DNA of 64,000 nucleotides from Myxococcota bacterium (GTDB taxonomy: Bacteria; Myxococcota_A; UBA9160; UBA4427), in NCBI GenBank assembly GCA_965250285.1, contig OZ252299.1, positions 1,376,001-1,440,000 of the forward strand. The letters run 5' to 3'. The notes under the pieces are model-generated. The model was not told the origin of the DNA. It did no database searches and was given only the letters and a program-made list of their open reading frames with translations. A program made the translations under genes and the position numbers. Position 1 is the stretch's first letter; each line of letters begins with the position of its first letter. Positions 38,648-47,323 of the stretch are shown here, in pieces.

Positions 38648-38659
38648 GCGGGGGGGCGG

Positions 38660-39151
38660 GTGGGTCGGTATCAGCTAGCCGTATCGCTCATCGTCGTGGC
38701 TGTCGTCTCATGCGGAGAGGAAGCGCTAAGTCCGGAGCAAGAGTTATTCCTAGACATGCCCCGATTCGAGCGGATTCGCCATGTGTCCGCCCAGCCCAAC
38801 GACGTGCAGGTCGAGCTGTACCTCTTGACCGTCCAGCGGGTTCACCCGCCGGATGCAATCATGACGAAGCGGGTCGCTGCGACCGATGGGATCATCGTTC
38901 AGATCACGAACCGATGGCGCGACCCCGAGACGACCTTGCGTGACCGAATACACCTCTTGCGGCTGGTGGCCTACGTGCACCTGAATGGTGCATGGGAGCC
39001 GTCACGTGATGAGGCTTTTGCTCAGGAGATCACAGACTTCGTCGACGGGATCTGGGTGCCCTGGATTCGAGAGGACGTCGCGTGGCTAGAGCGGTCGCTA
39101 TACCGCGAGACGACGTCTCGTGCCGAACGGTCGGGTAAAGATCTTCAGTAG
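38660..39151 (+). CDS. Putative lipoprotein, immunity-like
   Basis: Lipobox VVSC after a hydrophobic N-terminus. Confidence 0.7.
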   Translation: MGRYQLAVSLIVVAVVSCGEEALSPEQELFLDMPRFERIRHVSAQPNDVQVELYLLTVQRVHPPDAIMTKRVAATDGIIVQITNRWRDPETTLRDRIHLLRLVAYVHLNGAWEPSRDEAFAQEITDFVDGIWVPWIREDVAWLERSLYRETTSRAERSGKDLQ

Positions 39152-39198
39152 GGTGCCGTGGTCTCCCGCGCGTCGCGCATCGGTCTTCAGGGGGTCGC

Positions 39199-39516
39199 AT
39201 GCTTGTTTTCGATCGATACGAATGGGCAATCGCGACCGCGGCCGCAACGCTGCTGTGGTACGTGCTGCTTGCGCTTCAGACGAAGCGACTCGCCGACATC
39301 GGGTCGCCCCGGAGCGAAGATCTGAGCCTGACTGCGTTCTTTGTGGGACCGAACGGTTGGTTTCTGCGAACGCTCTTTTGGCTCTTTGGCCTTCAGTTCC
39401 TCCGAGAGCGGGATTGGGTGCTGGCGGCGATCAGCACATCCGCGCTGGCCACATACGTCGCGGCGGTGGGTCTGATCCTTGGGCCGGCTTTCAGGTGGGT
39501 CGTGATCGTCGACTAG
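39199..39516 (+). CDS. Small membrane protein (105 aa), paralog of 35260-35577
   Basis: Colinear similarity over the full length; AGGGGG RBS. Confidence 0.8.
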   Translation: MLVFDRYEWAIATAAATLLWYVLLALQTKRLADIGSPRSEDLSLTAFFVGPNGWFLRTLFWLFGLQFLRERDWVLAAISTSALATYVAAVGLILGPAFRWVVIVD

Positions 39517-39568
39517 GTCTCGGGGATGACGGCCCATGTGCCGGGAGGGGGCGCTCCGTGGTGCTCGC

Positions 39569-40093
39569 ATGGTGATTGTCTGGCTGGCGACTGCGATTGC
39601 TGCTGCGCTGCTACTGCTCGCGTGGTGGTGGTACACGTATGCAGAGACAGTCAAATGGCAGGACCTTCCCGGCCGAGTCGGAGGTTTCTCGACATACGCG
39701 GCGGAAGGCGGACGCCTCAGCATTAAGCACGTCGGGTCGGGTAGAACGATTGAGTTTGCGCTTTCGCAGGATGGCGACAAGCCCGTTCGCGCTGTCGAGT
39801 TCGCCCTTCCTGATATGGCTTGGTCGGCTGATTTCTTCGACGACTTCGTATCAGCCGCTGAAAGCGAAGGATTCGCATGCACTGTCGAGTTCGCACCTGC
39901 GCGCGACTCTGCCGTAAGGCGGTTTGCGAGTGTCATGTGCGTCGGCTCGCAAGACGACGTGGTTCAGCAATCAGCACAGCTACTCGCGACTATCGCCGGG
40001 TTCATCGGCGCCAGCCCTGGCGACCAAGCGAGGATTCGGTTCCGGGGCGCTATTCGCACATCGGTGATTGAGGAGGTCGGCGCCTCCCGCTGA
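39569..40093 (+). CDS. N-terminally anchored hypothetical protein
   Basis: MVIVWLATAIAAALLLLAWWWY anchor then globular domain; start approximate. Confidence 0.65.
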   Translation: MVIVWLATAIAAALLLLAWWWYTYAETVKWQDLPGRVGGFSTYAAEGGRLSIKHVGSGRTIEFALSQDGDKPVRAVEFALPDMAWSADFFDDFVSAAESEGFACTVEFAPARDSAVRRFASVMCVGSQDDVVQQSAQLLATIAGFIGASPGDQARIRFRGAIRTSVIEEVGASR

Positions 40094-40133
40094 GGAGCAA
40101 CAGCCGCTTAGGCTCTCCGGGCAACACCCTTCA

Positions 40134-40497
40134 CCACAGCCCACCGCGAGAAATCGATTCTGAGGTCCAGAAAGGGCCACTGTGGGGCTGTTTTCGGGCC
40201 TATCTCTAGACGCTGGACCTACACCCCACGGACGGAGATAGGGTCGAGAAAGGTCGATTCTTGGGGTCGGGTGAGCGGTGTAGGTCGAGGCTAGAGGGGG
40301 AAACGGATTTCGGTTCGCATGATAAGACGCGATATACCGGAGGGTGAGGAAGCGCGTTTTTGGGGGTACCCCCACCCCCTTCGAAACTCCCGACAACAGC
40401 AGGTCGACCCCCGCCCCCCTCGCAATCTGAGCGAGCCTGCCCGCCCCACTGGCCATGTGAAGCCACGCCCGCCCCGGCACCACCACCCGGCTCTAGG
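40134..40497 (+). repeat. Duplicated non-coding element, contiguous copy B, upstream of the serine recombinase
   Basis: Colinear with 15265-15397 plus 16306-16505. Confidence 0.85.
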
Positions 40498-40558
40498 ACG
40501 CCTCATGGCCGATATCGTGTGCTAACCGTTCGGATGGCACACAGTCGGGGAGGCGAAA

Positions 40559-41332
40559 GTGGCGAGACGAACCAAGCGAAAGGGCTCGGCCGAGACGCTC
40601 AGGCTCGTGGGCTACGCCCGGGTGTCGACTGACGAGCAGGCGAGTGAGGGCGTGAGCTTGAACGCCCAGGTTGAGCGCCTCAAAGCCTACGCCACAGCCC
40701 ACGGTCACGAGCTCGTGAAGGTCGTCCGCGACTCGGGCGTGTCGGGCAAGACGAGGGCAGAGGACCGGCCCGGCATGGGGCGTGTGCTGAGGGCGCTTGA
40801 GAAGGGCGAAGCAGACGGCGTCGTCGCGATCAAGCTCGACCGCTATTGCCGCGATACGCGCTGCACGCTGGACCTCGTCGAGCGGTGCGACCGTGAGGGC
40901 TGGCGGCTGATTAGCGTGGGCGAACACCTCGATACGGCGACGGCGGCTGGGCGTCTCGTGGTTACGGTCCTGGCAGCCTTGGCCCAGATGGAGCGAGAGC
41001 AGGTCGGTGAACGCACCACGTTCGCCCTCGAGGCCATCGCTCGCGAGGGCAGGGGACGAAGCCGCATCGTCCCGTTCGGCTGGCGCACGGCCTCAGGGAA
41101 GACGACGAACGCGGCCGGCGACCGACGCCCGCTCAAGCCCCACCAGCCCGAGCAGCGAGCACTGGCCCAAATCATCGAGCTGCGAGACGAGGGCAACGGC
41201 GCTCGGCGAATCGCCAAGGCGCTAACCGGGAAGAACCCGCGGTCGGGAGAGGCTTGGACCGTCGGCAGCGTGGCAGCCATCCTCAGGCGCCTGGACCGGT
41301 GGGCCGAGGCCGGGGTCGAGCCGCTCGCGTAG
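40559..41332 (+). CDS. Serine recombinase (resolvase family) with C-terminal DNA-binding region
   Basis: GYARVSTDEQ; DSGVSG; RPGM; KLDRYCR; DTATAAGRL; MERE. Confidence 0.93.
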   Translation: MARRTKRKGSAETLRLVGYARVSTDEQASEGVSLNAQVERLKAYATAHGHELVKVVRDSGVSGKTRAEDRPGMGRVLRALEKGEADGVVAIKLDRYCRDTRCTLDLVERCDREGWRLISVGEHLDTATAAGRLVVTVLAALAQMEREQVGERTTFALEAIAREGRGRSRIVPFGWRTASGKTTNAAGDRRPLKPHQPEQRALAQIIELRDEGNGARRIAKALTGKNPRSGEAWTVGSVAAILRRLDRWAEAGVEPLA

Positions 41333-41466
41333 GGCAATCAGGTTATTTCAGTAGCGATGTAAATAGATTCGCGTGTGCGTGGTCAGGGGAGACATCAACG
41401 TCACGAAATAATGCACCTGTATTAATCCTCAACCGCCCCACACACCACGAGAGGTAGGGGAAAATA

Positions 41467-41495
41467 GTGGTGTCCGGTGGTGTCCCGTGGTCTCC
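41467..41495 (+). repeat. Three tandem GTGGT(G/C)TCC repeats, 10-bp period
   Basis: 41467, 41477, 41487, next to an AT-rich tract (41340-41466). Confidence 0.7.
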
Positions 41496-41667
41496 GAAAC
41501 TGCCTAAACGCGCTCTAGGCCGTCGAATTCAGCCTTCCTGAACCAGGGAGGGCCAGGGATGAGCGTCATCTGCCAGAGGGTGGGGTCGTGGTTGGCAGAT
41601 TCCCGCCGCGATCGCCGACGTGGTGGGGAGAGTGGTTTGGACGATGGTCGCTCTTCGAACCCGCCCT

Positions 41668-41750
41668 GGACGGACGGACGGACGGGACGCTTAGAAAAGC
41701 GTCCGCGTCCATCCGGCCAATCCGTAGGGAATCTCCTCGTCCGTCAGTCC
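41668..41750. other. Putative replication origin: GGAC/GTCC iterons around the GGACGCTT-AGAA-AAGCGTCC inverted repeat
   Basis: (GGAC)4 at 41668-41683, inverted repeat at 41685-41704, GTCC/ATCC copies beyond; at the 3' end of the helicase gene. Confidence 0.55.
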
Positions 41751-43333
41751 CAATGGAGCTGGACAACCTCCGCCGCGCGTCCATCCGTGTCCACCGTCCG
41801 CGGGTCTTCGCTGACCGCCCACGCCCAGCCGTCGAACACCCGGGCGCCTCGCCACTGGCCAAGGTCTTCGATTGATCGGCGCCACTGGCCGCGCAGTCTC
41901 TCTCTCAGCTTCTTCTCGGAGTCGCCCGGCGTCGCTTCCCTCTCCGCCTCGAACGCCTCGCGCATGAACATGTCCTTGAGGGTCGCGACCTCGACGCCGT
42001 TGATCGGTACGTCCGGGTCCCATCCCCACTCGCGCACCTGGGCGATGAACCCGCTATCGGCAAGCGCGGTGGTGGGGACGTAGGTGACGCCGTCCCGGGC
42101 CTGGATTCGCTCCATCAAGTCGAGGAGCCTCTTCGCCCCCTTCGGCACCTTCGGTCGCTTCTTCTGGGAATGCTTGCGGGCTTCGGCGGCCTCGCTCTCG
42201 TCGAGGTATCGGACGATCGGCGCTTTGTTCTCCTTTCCGCTCGGCGCGATCCCCACGACCGCCAGCTTGGCTCGGTAGGCCCACCCGACACCATCAGGCC
42301 CGTCCTTCACCTTGTGGGCGGTGACGGTGAATAGGCGCTCTTCGAGCTCCTCCGCGTCGTCCCTCTCAACCTCGAACAGCCAGTCGAAGTCACATTCGAT
42401 CGTGCTCGAGCCCCGGTAAGTCTGGCCATCCTTCTTCGGGTGATGGACGCACGCAGCGGCCGGCGTGAAGCCGTCTGAGTTGCGATCGGCGACGCGCTCC
42501 GCGATGAGCCGGGCATTGGCTTCGACAGCACTGATGACATCGTCGCCGCTGTCTGACTGGCCGGGCGTGCACTTCTTCAGCGTGTCGAACACGAGCGCCC
42601 GAATAGGCATGGACAGATCGGGCACCACCTCCTCGGCGAGATACTCCGCGAAGTCGACCGCCTCGATGTCGTCGGCGAGGTTGACCGGACTAGAGATGCC
42701 CACGATCGCGTCATGGGGAAGACCAGCGTGCGCGTCTCGGATCGCGGCGATGCGCTTCTCGATGGCGCCCTGACCCTCTGCGGCGACGTAGACGGTCACT
42801 CCCTGCTTGGTCTTTCGGCCTCGAAACTCTTTGCCGACACCGACGTGGGCGGCGATATCGAGCATTTGTTGGGTCTTGAGCGAGCCGGTAGGCCCGAACA
42901 GAATTCCGACTGTGCCTTCATGGATCAGGTCTTCGATCACAGCGAGATGCTCCTTGTTTCCGTCCGCGTCACCGCTTAGAAAGTGCTTCCAGCGACGGCG
43001 CCTGGGCGGCGGTTCAGTGTTCGGCGATGAGTTGGCTGGTGTTAGGTCGGACGGTTCGTCAAACGTATCGACCTCGAAGCCGTCTTCCGTTTCGGTCACG
43101 CGATACGCGTCGCTCTCGGCCCGTCGGAGCGCACCCCAGATGTCCTTCGCCGAGCACCCGCCCGACGACGTGGGGTCGCCGAGGTCGTCGAACTCGAATT
43201 CGTGAGGGCAATGGTCCGGGTACTTGCAAGGGCACTCGGTTCGGTCTGTGTGGATCAGGTCGTGCATGTGCACTTCCTGCATCCGTGCTCGGAACGCTTC
43301 GAGCCTTTCTCCGTTCCGGTCAGAGGGCTTCAT
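41744..43333 (-). CDS. AAA_25 / RepA-type (SF4-like) replicative helicase
   Basis: GILFGPTGSLKT; VYVAAEG; LVFDTL; HHPKKD...RGSS...DFD. Confidence 0.9.
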   Translation of the reverse strand: MKPSDRNGERLEAFRARMQEVHMHDLIHTDRTECPCKYPDHCPHEFEFDDLGDPTSSGGCSAKDIWGALRRAESDAYRVTETEDGFEVDTFDEPSDLTPANSSPNTEPPPRRRRWKHFLSGDADGNKEHLAVIEDLIHEGTVGILFGPTGSLKTQQMLDIAAHVGVGKEFRGRKTKQGVTVYVAAEGQGAIEKRIAAIRDAHAGLPHDAIVGISSPVNLADDIEAVDFAEYLAEEVVPDLSMPIRALVFDTLKKCTPGQSDSGDDVISAVEANARLIAERVADRNSDGFTPAAACVHHPKKDGQTYRGSSTIECDFDWLFEVERDDAEELEERLFTVTAHKVKDGPDGVGWAYRAKLAVVGIAPSGKENKAPIVRYLDESEAAEARKHSQKKRPKVPKGAKRLLDLMERIQARDGVTYVPTTALADSGFIAQVREWGWDPDVPINGVEVATLKDMFMREAFEAEREATPGDSEKKLRERLRGQWRRSIEDLGQWRGARVFDGWAWAVSEDPRTVDTDGRAAEVVQLHWD

Positions 43334-43719
43334 CGCGCGCCCCCTCTCGCCTTAGCGGCCATCGAGACCGGCCAGAGCGGGCAACCGACGATCTCGCAGC
43401 GCTTCGCCTCCACCAGATCCCATGCGTTGCACTCGACGCATTTCAAGTCGATAGCGGCGCGCAGGGAGCCGTTTGCGGCCTTCTCAGCTCTGGCCCTATG
43501 CCGGGAGCGGGGCGATTGCTTTTGGTTCGCGAACGGGGTGCTGGGAGCCCCTTTCAGCAGCTCAGAAACGACATCCTTGCGTCGCCGCCATTCGGGGTCG
43601 CTGTGCTGGTCGCTCAGAGTCGCTTCATTAGGCTGGGCGGCCTGCCCCGCGGTGTTCGAGGCAGAGGCGCCCGCCGGTTTGCACCGGTCGTGCTCGTTGC
43701 TTACGCTAGTCACTATCAC
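43330..43719 (-). CDS. Small Zn-finger protein of mobile elements
   Basis: AAIDLKCVEC...EAKRC....CPLWP; ATGA overlap with the helicase. Confidence 0.7.
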   Translation of the reverse strand: MIVTSVSNEHDRCKPAGASASNTAGQAAQPNEATLSDQHSDPEWRRRKDVVSELLKGAPSTPFANQKQSPRSRHRARAEKAANGSLRAAIDLKCVECNAWDLVEAKRCEIVGCPLWPVSMAAKARGGAR

Positions 43720-43947
43720 ACGTCCTTAGAACGCCCTGTATTCGGTGCGTCTACACCGTCTGCGGGGCGTTCTTGTATCAGGACGACGAATCCCCGCAGA
43801 TAGAGCGTTCATGAGGGAGAGCTACGACATCGTGTCGAGCCCTCCAGTTGAGGGCCCAACACCGTGTCGGGGCCGGTCAGTTGCTGCGCGGACGCAGCTA
43901 TGCACCATCGCCGTGGTGGGCGAGATGTGTTTGCTTTCAGGACTGAG

Positions 43948-43969
43948 CTTGAGTCCCGCTTGAGTCCCG
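43948..43969 (+). repeat. Putative integrase arm-type sites, right end
   Basis: CTTGAGTCCCGCTTGAGTCCCG, 21/22 identical to 3295-3316. Confidence 0.75.
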
Positions 43970-44041
43970 CTCTCAACCGGCGGTGGCGGACTGTCGCAAG
44001 TCGCTGGAATTGCTAGTGTGCCGCGGTTAGTGGGGTCTGGT

Positions 44042-44073
44042 GTCGCTGGTTCAAGTCCAGCATGCTCCACCAC
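44042..44073 (+). repeat. att core, right copy (duplicated tRNA-Val 3' end)
   Basis: Identical to 3215-3246. Confidence 0.95.
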
Positions 44074-44124
44074 GCCTTCCACGCTGCGGGTCGAGGTCGC
44101 CCTCGCGAACCCCCGCAGCCCCGT

Positions 44125-44201
44125 GGCCCGGTAGCTCAGCTGGATAGAGCACCAGCCTCCGAAGCTGGGGGTCGCGCGTTCGAATCGCGCCCGGGTCACC
44201 A
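44125..44201 (+). tRNA. tRNA-Arg(CCG)
   Basis: 77-nt cloverleaf GGCCCGG...CCGGGTC-ACCA; anticodon arm CCAGC-CTCCGAA-GCTGG. Confidence 0.97.
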
Positions 44202-44355
44202 CCCCATCACTCGAGCGGCTCACGGGAGGTCGATCTCGCGCCAGCCAGCTGAGGGCACCGAAGCTGGGGGCGAATCGGCGAGCGAAGAGCGAGCCGATTC
44301 GTATGAATTGGCTCGAGGCGCTGCCGCCAGGCGGCGCATCGAGCCGAGAAGGGGA

Positions 44356-44396
44356 GCGCGTTCGAATCGCGCCCGGGTCACCACCCCATCACTCGA
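44356..44396 (+). repeat. 41-bp direct repeat of the tRNA-Arg 3' end plus trailer
   Basis: Identical to 44174-44214. Confidence 0.9.
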
Positions 44397-44409
44397 ATGG
44401 AGCGAAGTC

Positions 44410-44901
44410 ATGCACGTTTCCACCGCACACGTCGGCGTGCTGTTGCTCGTCGCCTTCTCGATCTCCTGCGCGCAGCCATCGTGGAGCCCGCCGCCCAGCG
44501 AGAACGAGCCACGTCCGCACGTGATGGTGCGGTTCACGGATTCGTCGCTGCACCCGACCGTCGCGCGCGTTCTCGAGGGCGGCAGTGTCTCGTGGGTGAA
44601 CGAGGCGTCGACGTTCGCGGCGACGATCGTGTTCTCCGACGCCGTCGCCGAGGCGTTCACGTGCGACGACCTGCGGCCGAACTGGTCGAAGAGCGGCACC
44701 GGCTATCAGTCGGTGCCGATCACCATGGGCGGGGCGACCGACGATCTCGAGCTCCCCTGTCCGCTCCGGCCGGGCACCTACGATTATGAGATCGGGCTCT
44801 TCTCCGGGCCGATGGCGGGCGGTGCCGGCTTCATGGACGACCCGCAGCTCACGATGCCGGGGCAGATCGTCGTCGAGCCGAAGGGGGAGAGCGACGAGTG
44901 A
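44410..44901 (+). CDS. Lipoprotein with cupredoxin-like fold
   Basis: Lipobox SISC; P.V.RV..G.SV.WVN; PGTYDY; M.GQIVV. Confidence 0.7.
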   Translation: MHVSTAHVGVLLLVAFSISCAQPSWSPPPSENEPRPHVMVRFTDSSLHPTVARVLEGGSVSWVNEASTFAATIVFSDAVAEAFTCDDLRPNWSKSGTGYQSVPITMGGATDDLELPCPLRPGTYDYEIGLFSGPMAGGAGFMDDPQLTMPGQIVVEPKGESDE

Positions 44902-45058
44902 GCACGGCCTCGTTGCTCGAGCCGCCTCGTGCTGCGAGCGCGCACGCTCGTTTGCCTGAGCAAGAGAGATGCGCGGCCCGATCCCCTCGGTTCGCTTTCG
45001 CTGGATCGGCGCGCCCTGCGGCGTGTACGATCGCGCGAAACAGGGGGAGACCTTCTCG

Positions 45059-45898
45059 ATGAGCGCATCTGCTGGAACCTGGGACGCCGTGGCGCCCGCC
45101 GACGAGACCTCGACCACCGACGGCCCCGTCGAGCGCACGCTGACGCCCAGCGCGCGCACGTTCTTCGTCGCGTGGACGGCCGCCTGGTGGGGCGGTGTCG
45201 GCGTCTGCGCCGTGCTCTTCTTCACCGGCGTGCTCGACTACCTGGTGAGCACGAAGCTCTCGCTCTACGGCATCAGCATCTGGCTGAACGGCTGGATGAT
45301 TCCCTGGTTCATGCGCCGCAACGAGGGTGGCTCGAAGCTGCAGCTCTATCACGACTGCCTCGTCATCTGGATGCTGTCGTACATGCTCACGAACGTGCTG
45401 TGGGAGATTCCCTGGGTCGTCTTCTCGCCGATCCTGTTCGTCGACATGCACAGCATCGATCAGGTGCTCGCGCAGACCGGCTACATGCGCGAGAGCATCC
45501 TGCACATGTACTACTGGGTGATTTCGTCGTTCAGCTCGGTCGACCTCCGCACGATCAACCGCGACCCGACCTTCTACAGCGTCGAGATCTTCTCGTTCGT
45601 GAACGTGGCCTCGGTGCTCTACTTCCTGCACCTGAACAAGAAGCGCTCGCCGTACCGCTACGTGGTCGCCGTGCTCGGCTGCGGAGAGCCCGTCGCCGCG
45701 ACCTTCATCTTCTCGTTCGCCGAGGTCTTTGGCGGCTTCGAGAACATGACCGGCGGCTTCGCCGACACGCTGCTCGCACTCGTCTGGACGCAGTACCAGT
45801 ACTTCTTCTTTCCGCTCGTCTTCGGTGCGTTTGGCATCGTGCTGCTGCGCGACGACTGGCGACGCAGCCGGCTCGGCGAGGACGAGCCCGTCCGCTGA
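45059..45898 (+). CDS. EXPERA / emopamil-binding (sterol-isomerase-like) membrane protein
   Basis: Multi-TM; WEIPW; W....SSVDLR....DP....VE pattern. Confidence 0.65.
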   Translation: MSASAGTWDAVAPADETSTTDGPVERTLTPSARTFFVAWTAAWWGGVGVCAVLFFTGVLDYLVSTKLSLYGISIWLNGWMIPWFMRRNEGGSKLQLYHDCLVIWMLSYMLTNVLWEIPWVVFSPILFVDMHSIDQVLAQTGYMRESILHMYYWVISSFSSVDLRTINRDPTFYSVEIFSFVNVASVLYFLHLNKKRSPYRYVVAVLGCGEPVAATFIFSFAEVFGGFENMTGGFADTLLALVWTQYQYFFFPLVFGAFGIVLLRDDWRRSRLGEDEPVR

Positions 45899-46053
45899 CC
45901 GGTTCGCTGCGTCGCGAGGCGTCACGGGGCCTCGGTGATCGGCGAGGCGTGTGCAGAACGGGCGCGCGAGCCGCGCGGGGCCGCTGTATCATTCGGGGCC
46001 CACTCGACGCCGGCGGCCGATCGCCGTCCCGCACAGGAGCCCCGCGACCCTCC

Positions 46054-46224
46054 ATGCCCCAGCTCGAACTCGATGCGAACGAAGCGAGCCTGTTGAAGGA
46101 GACCCTCGACAGCACCGTCTCCGAACTCGGCTACGAGATCGCCGACACGGATTCGAAGGACTATCGGGACAAGCTCAAGGCGAAGCAGGCTCAGCTGAAG
46201 GCCATCGCAGAGAAACTCGGTTAG
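46054..46224 (+). CDS. Small conserved-looking hypothetical protein (56 aa)
   Basis: MPQLELDANEASLLKETL...EIADTDSKDYRDKLK; host-like codon usage. Confidence 0.75.
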   Translation: MPQLELDANEASLLKETLDSTVSELGYEIADTDSKDYRDKLKAKQAQLKAIAEKLG

Positions 46225-46237
46225 GCGCGCTCGACCG

Positions 46238-47200
46238 ATGGTTGCGACCGCCAGCCAGCCGGTACTGATCGAGGGCCTGATCGATGATCTGGCCCGCGTC
46301 GAGGCGCTCTACGCGGCCTGTGCGCCGTACACGCCGCTCGGCGGCTGGTTCCGGCCCGATCAGGACGGCGCCGAGGCCCGCAGCCCGATGTGGTTCCAGG
46401 GGGACTGGCTGCATGCCGACTTCGCCGCCCCGGGCGTCGAGCTCTTCTCGCAGAACCCGCGCTACTTCGAGTCGGCCCGCGCGTTCAGCGGCTGCGAAGT
46501 CATCGAGCCCCATACGGTGTACGTGAACCTGATGGCGGCCATGGCCGAGAGCGGCCCGGCGCACACCGACAATCCGATCTTCAGCGGCCGAGATCGAACG
46601 AACACGCCCATGATGCTGCTCCGCACCATGCTCTGGTCGGGGCTCTTCCGGCGCTGGGAAATCCCCCAGGTCACCGCCATCTGGTGGATGAACGACGTGG
46701 AGGAGGGCGGGTTCTCGTATTGGCCCGATGGCGCCGATTGCCCCGCGCATCGGCACCACGGCGCGATGGCGAACACGGCGCTCGTCGGCGACAACCATCA
46801 CATGTTTCATCAGGTCGAGCCGGTGGGGCCCTTCGACGCGGGCACGCGGCTCGTGCCGGCCTCGGCCGAGCTCGCGCCGACCGAGGACGGCAGCGGCGAC
46901 TGGGCCGTGACCCACGCGGGCGAAGAGGTGTACCGGGCGCCGTTCTCGACGTACCGCGCCAGCGTGCTCTGGAAGGCCAACGTCTATGCGGACGAGGCCG
47001 AGCGGCAACGACTGGCGGGCGATCCGCTCACCCTCGAAGAGGTCGCGCGCCAGTTCGATGCCGATCTGGCGCGTCGCGGCGAGCGCGGGCGCTTCGACCT
47101 CGACCGGCTCGAAGAGCCGGGGTTCGCGACCGAGCTGGCTCAGATCTACCCCGAAGCCGCCCCGCTCGGCGCCGGTCGGAGCATCTTCGACGCAGCCTAG
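46238..47200 (+). CDS. Hypothetical protein, possible 2OG-Fe(II) oxygenase-like fold
   Basis: AHTD ... GGF.YWP ... MFHQV. Confidence 0.7.
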   Translation: MVATASQPVLIEGLIDDLARVEALYAACAPYTPLGGWFRPDQDGAEARSPMWFQGDWLHADFAAPGVELFSQNPRYFESARAFSGCEVIEPHTVYVNLMAAMAESGPAHTDNPIFSGRDRTNTPMMLLRTMLWSGLFRRWEIPQVTAIWWMNDVEEGGFSYWPDGADCPAHRHHGAMANTALVGDNHHMFHQVEPVGPFDAGTRLVPASAELAPTEDGSGDWAVTHAGEEVYRAPFSTYRASVLWKANVYADEAERQRLAGDPLTLEEVARQFDADLARRGERGRFDLDRLEEPGFATELAQIYPEAAPLGAGRSIFDAA

Positions 47201-47323
47201 ACGACGCAAAGCCCGATCGAAACCCGCGGGGCAGCCGGGCAGGCCGTCGACGTGGCTTTTTCCACACCCCTGCCCGACACATGCGCGATGCCAGGGCCAC
47301 TCACTGGCCGGGAGAATTCAGAC

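Larger units (their letters stand above)
3215..44073. mobile_element. Integrative element / genomic island in the tRNA-Val 3' end (~40.8 kb)
   Basis: 32-bp direct repeat at both ends, adjacent tyrosine integrase, helicase and serine recombinase at the far end, codon usage visibly less GC3-biased than the flanks. Confidence 0.95.
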
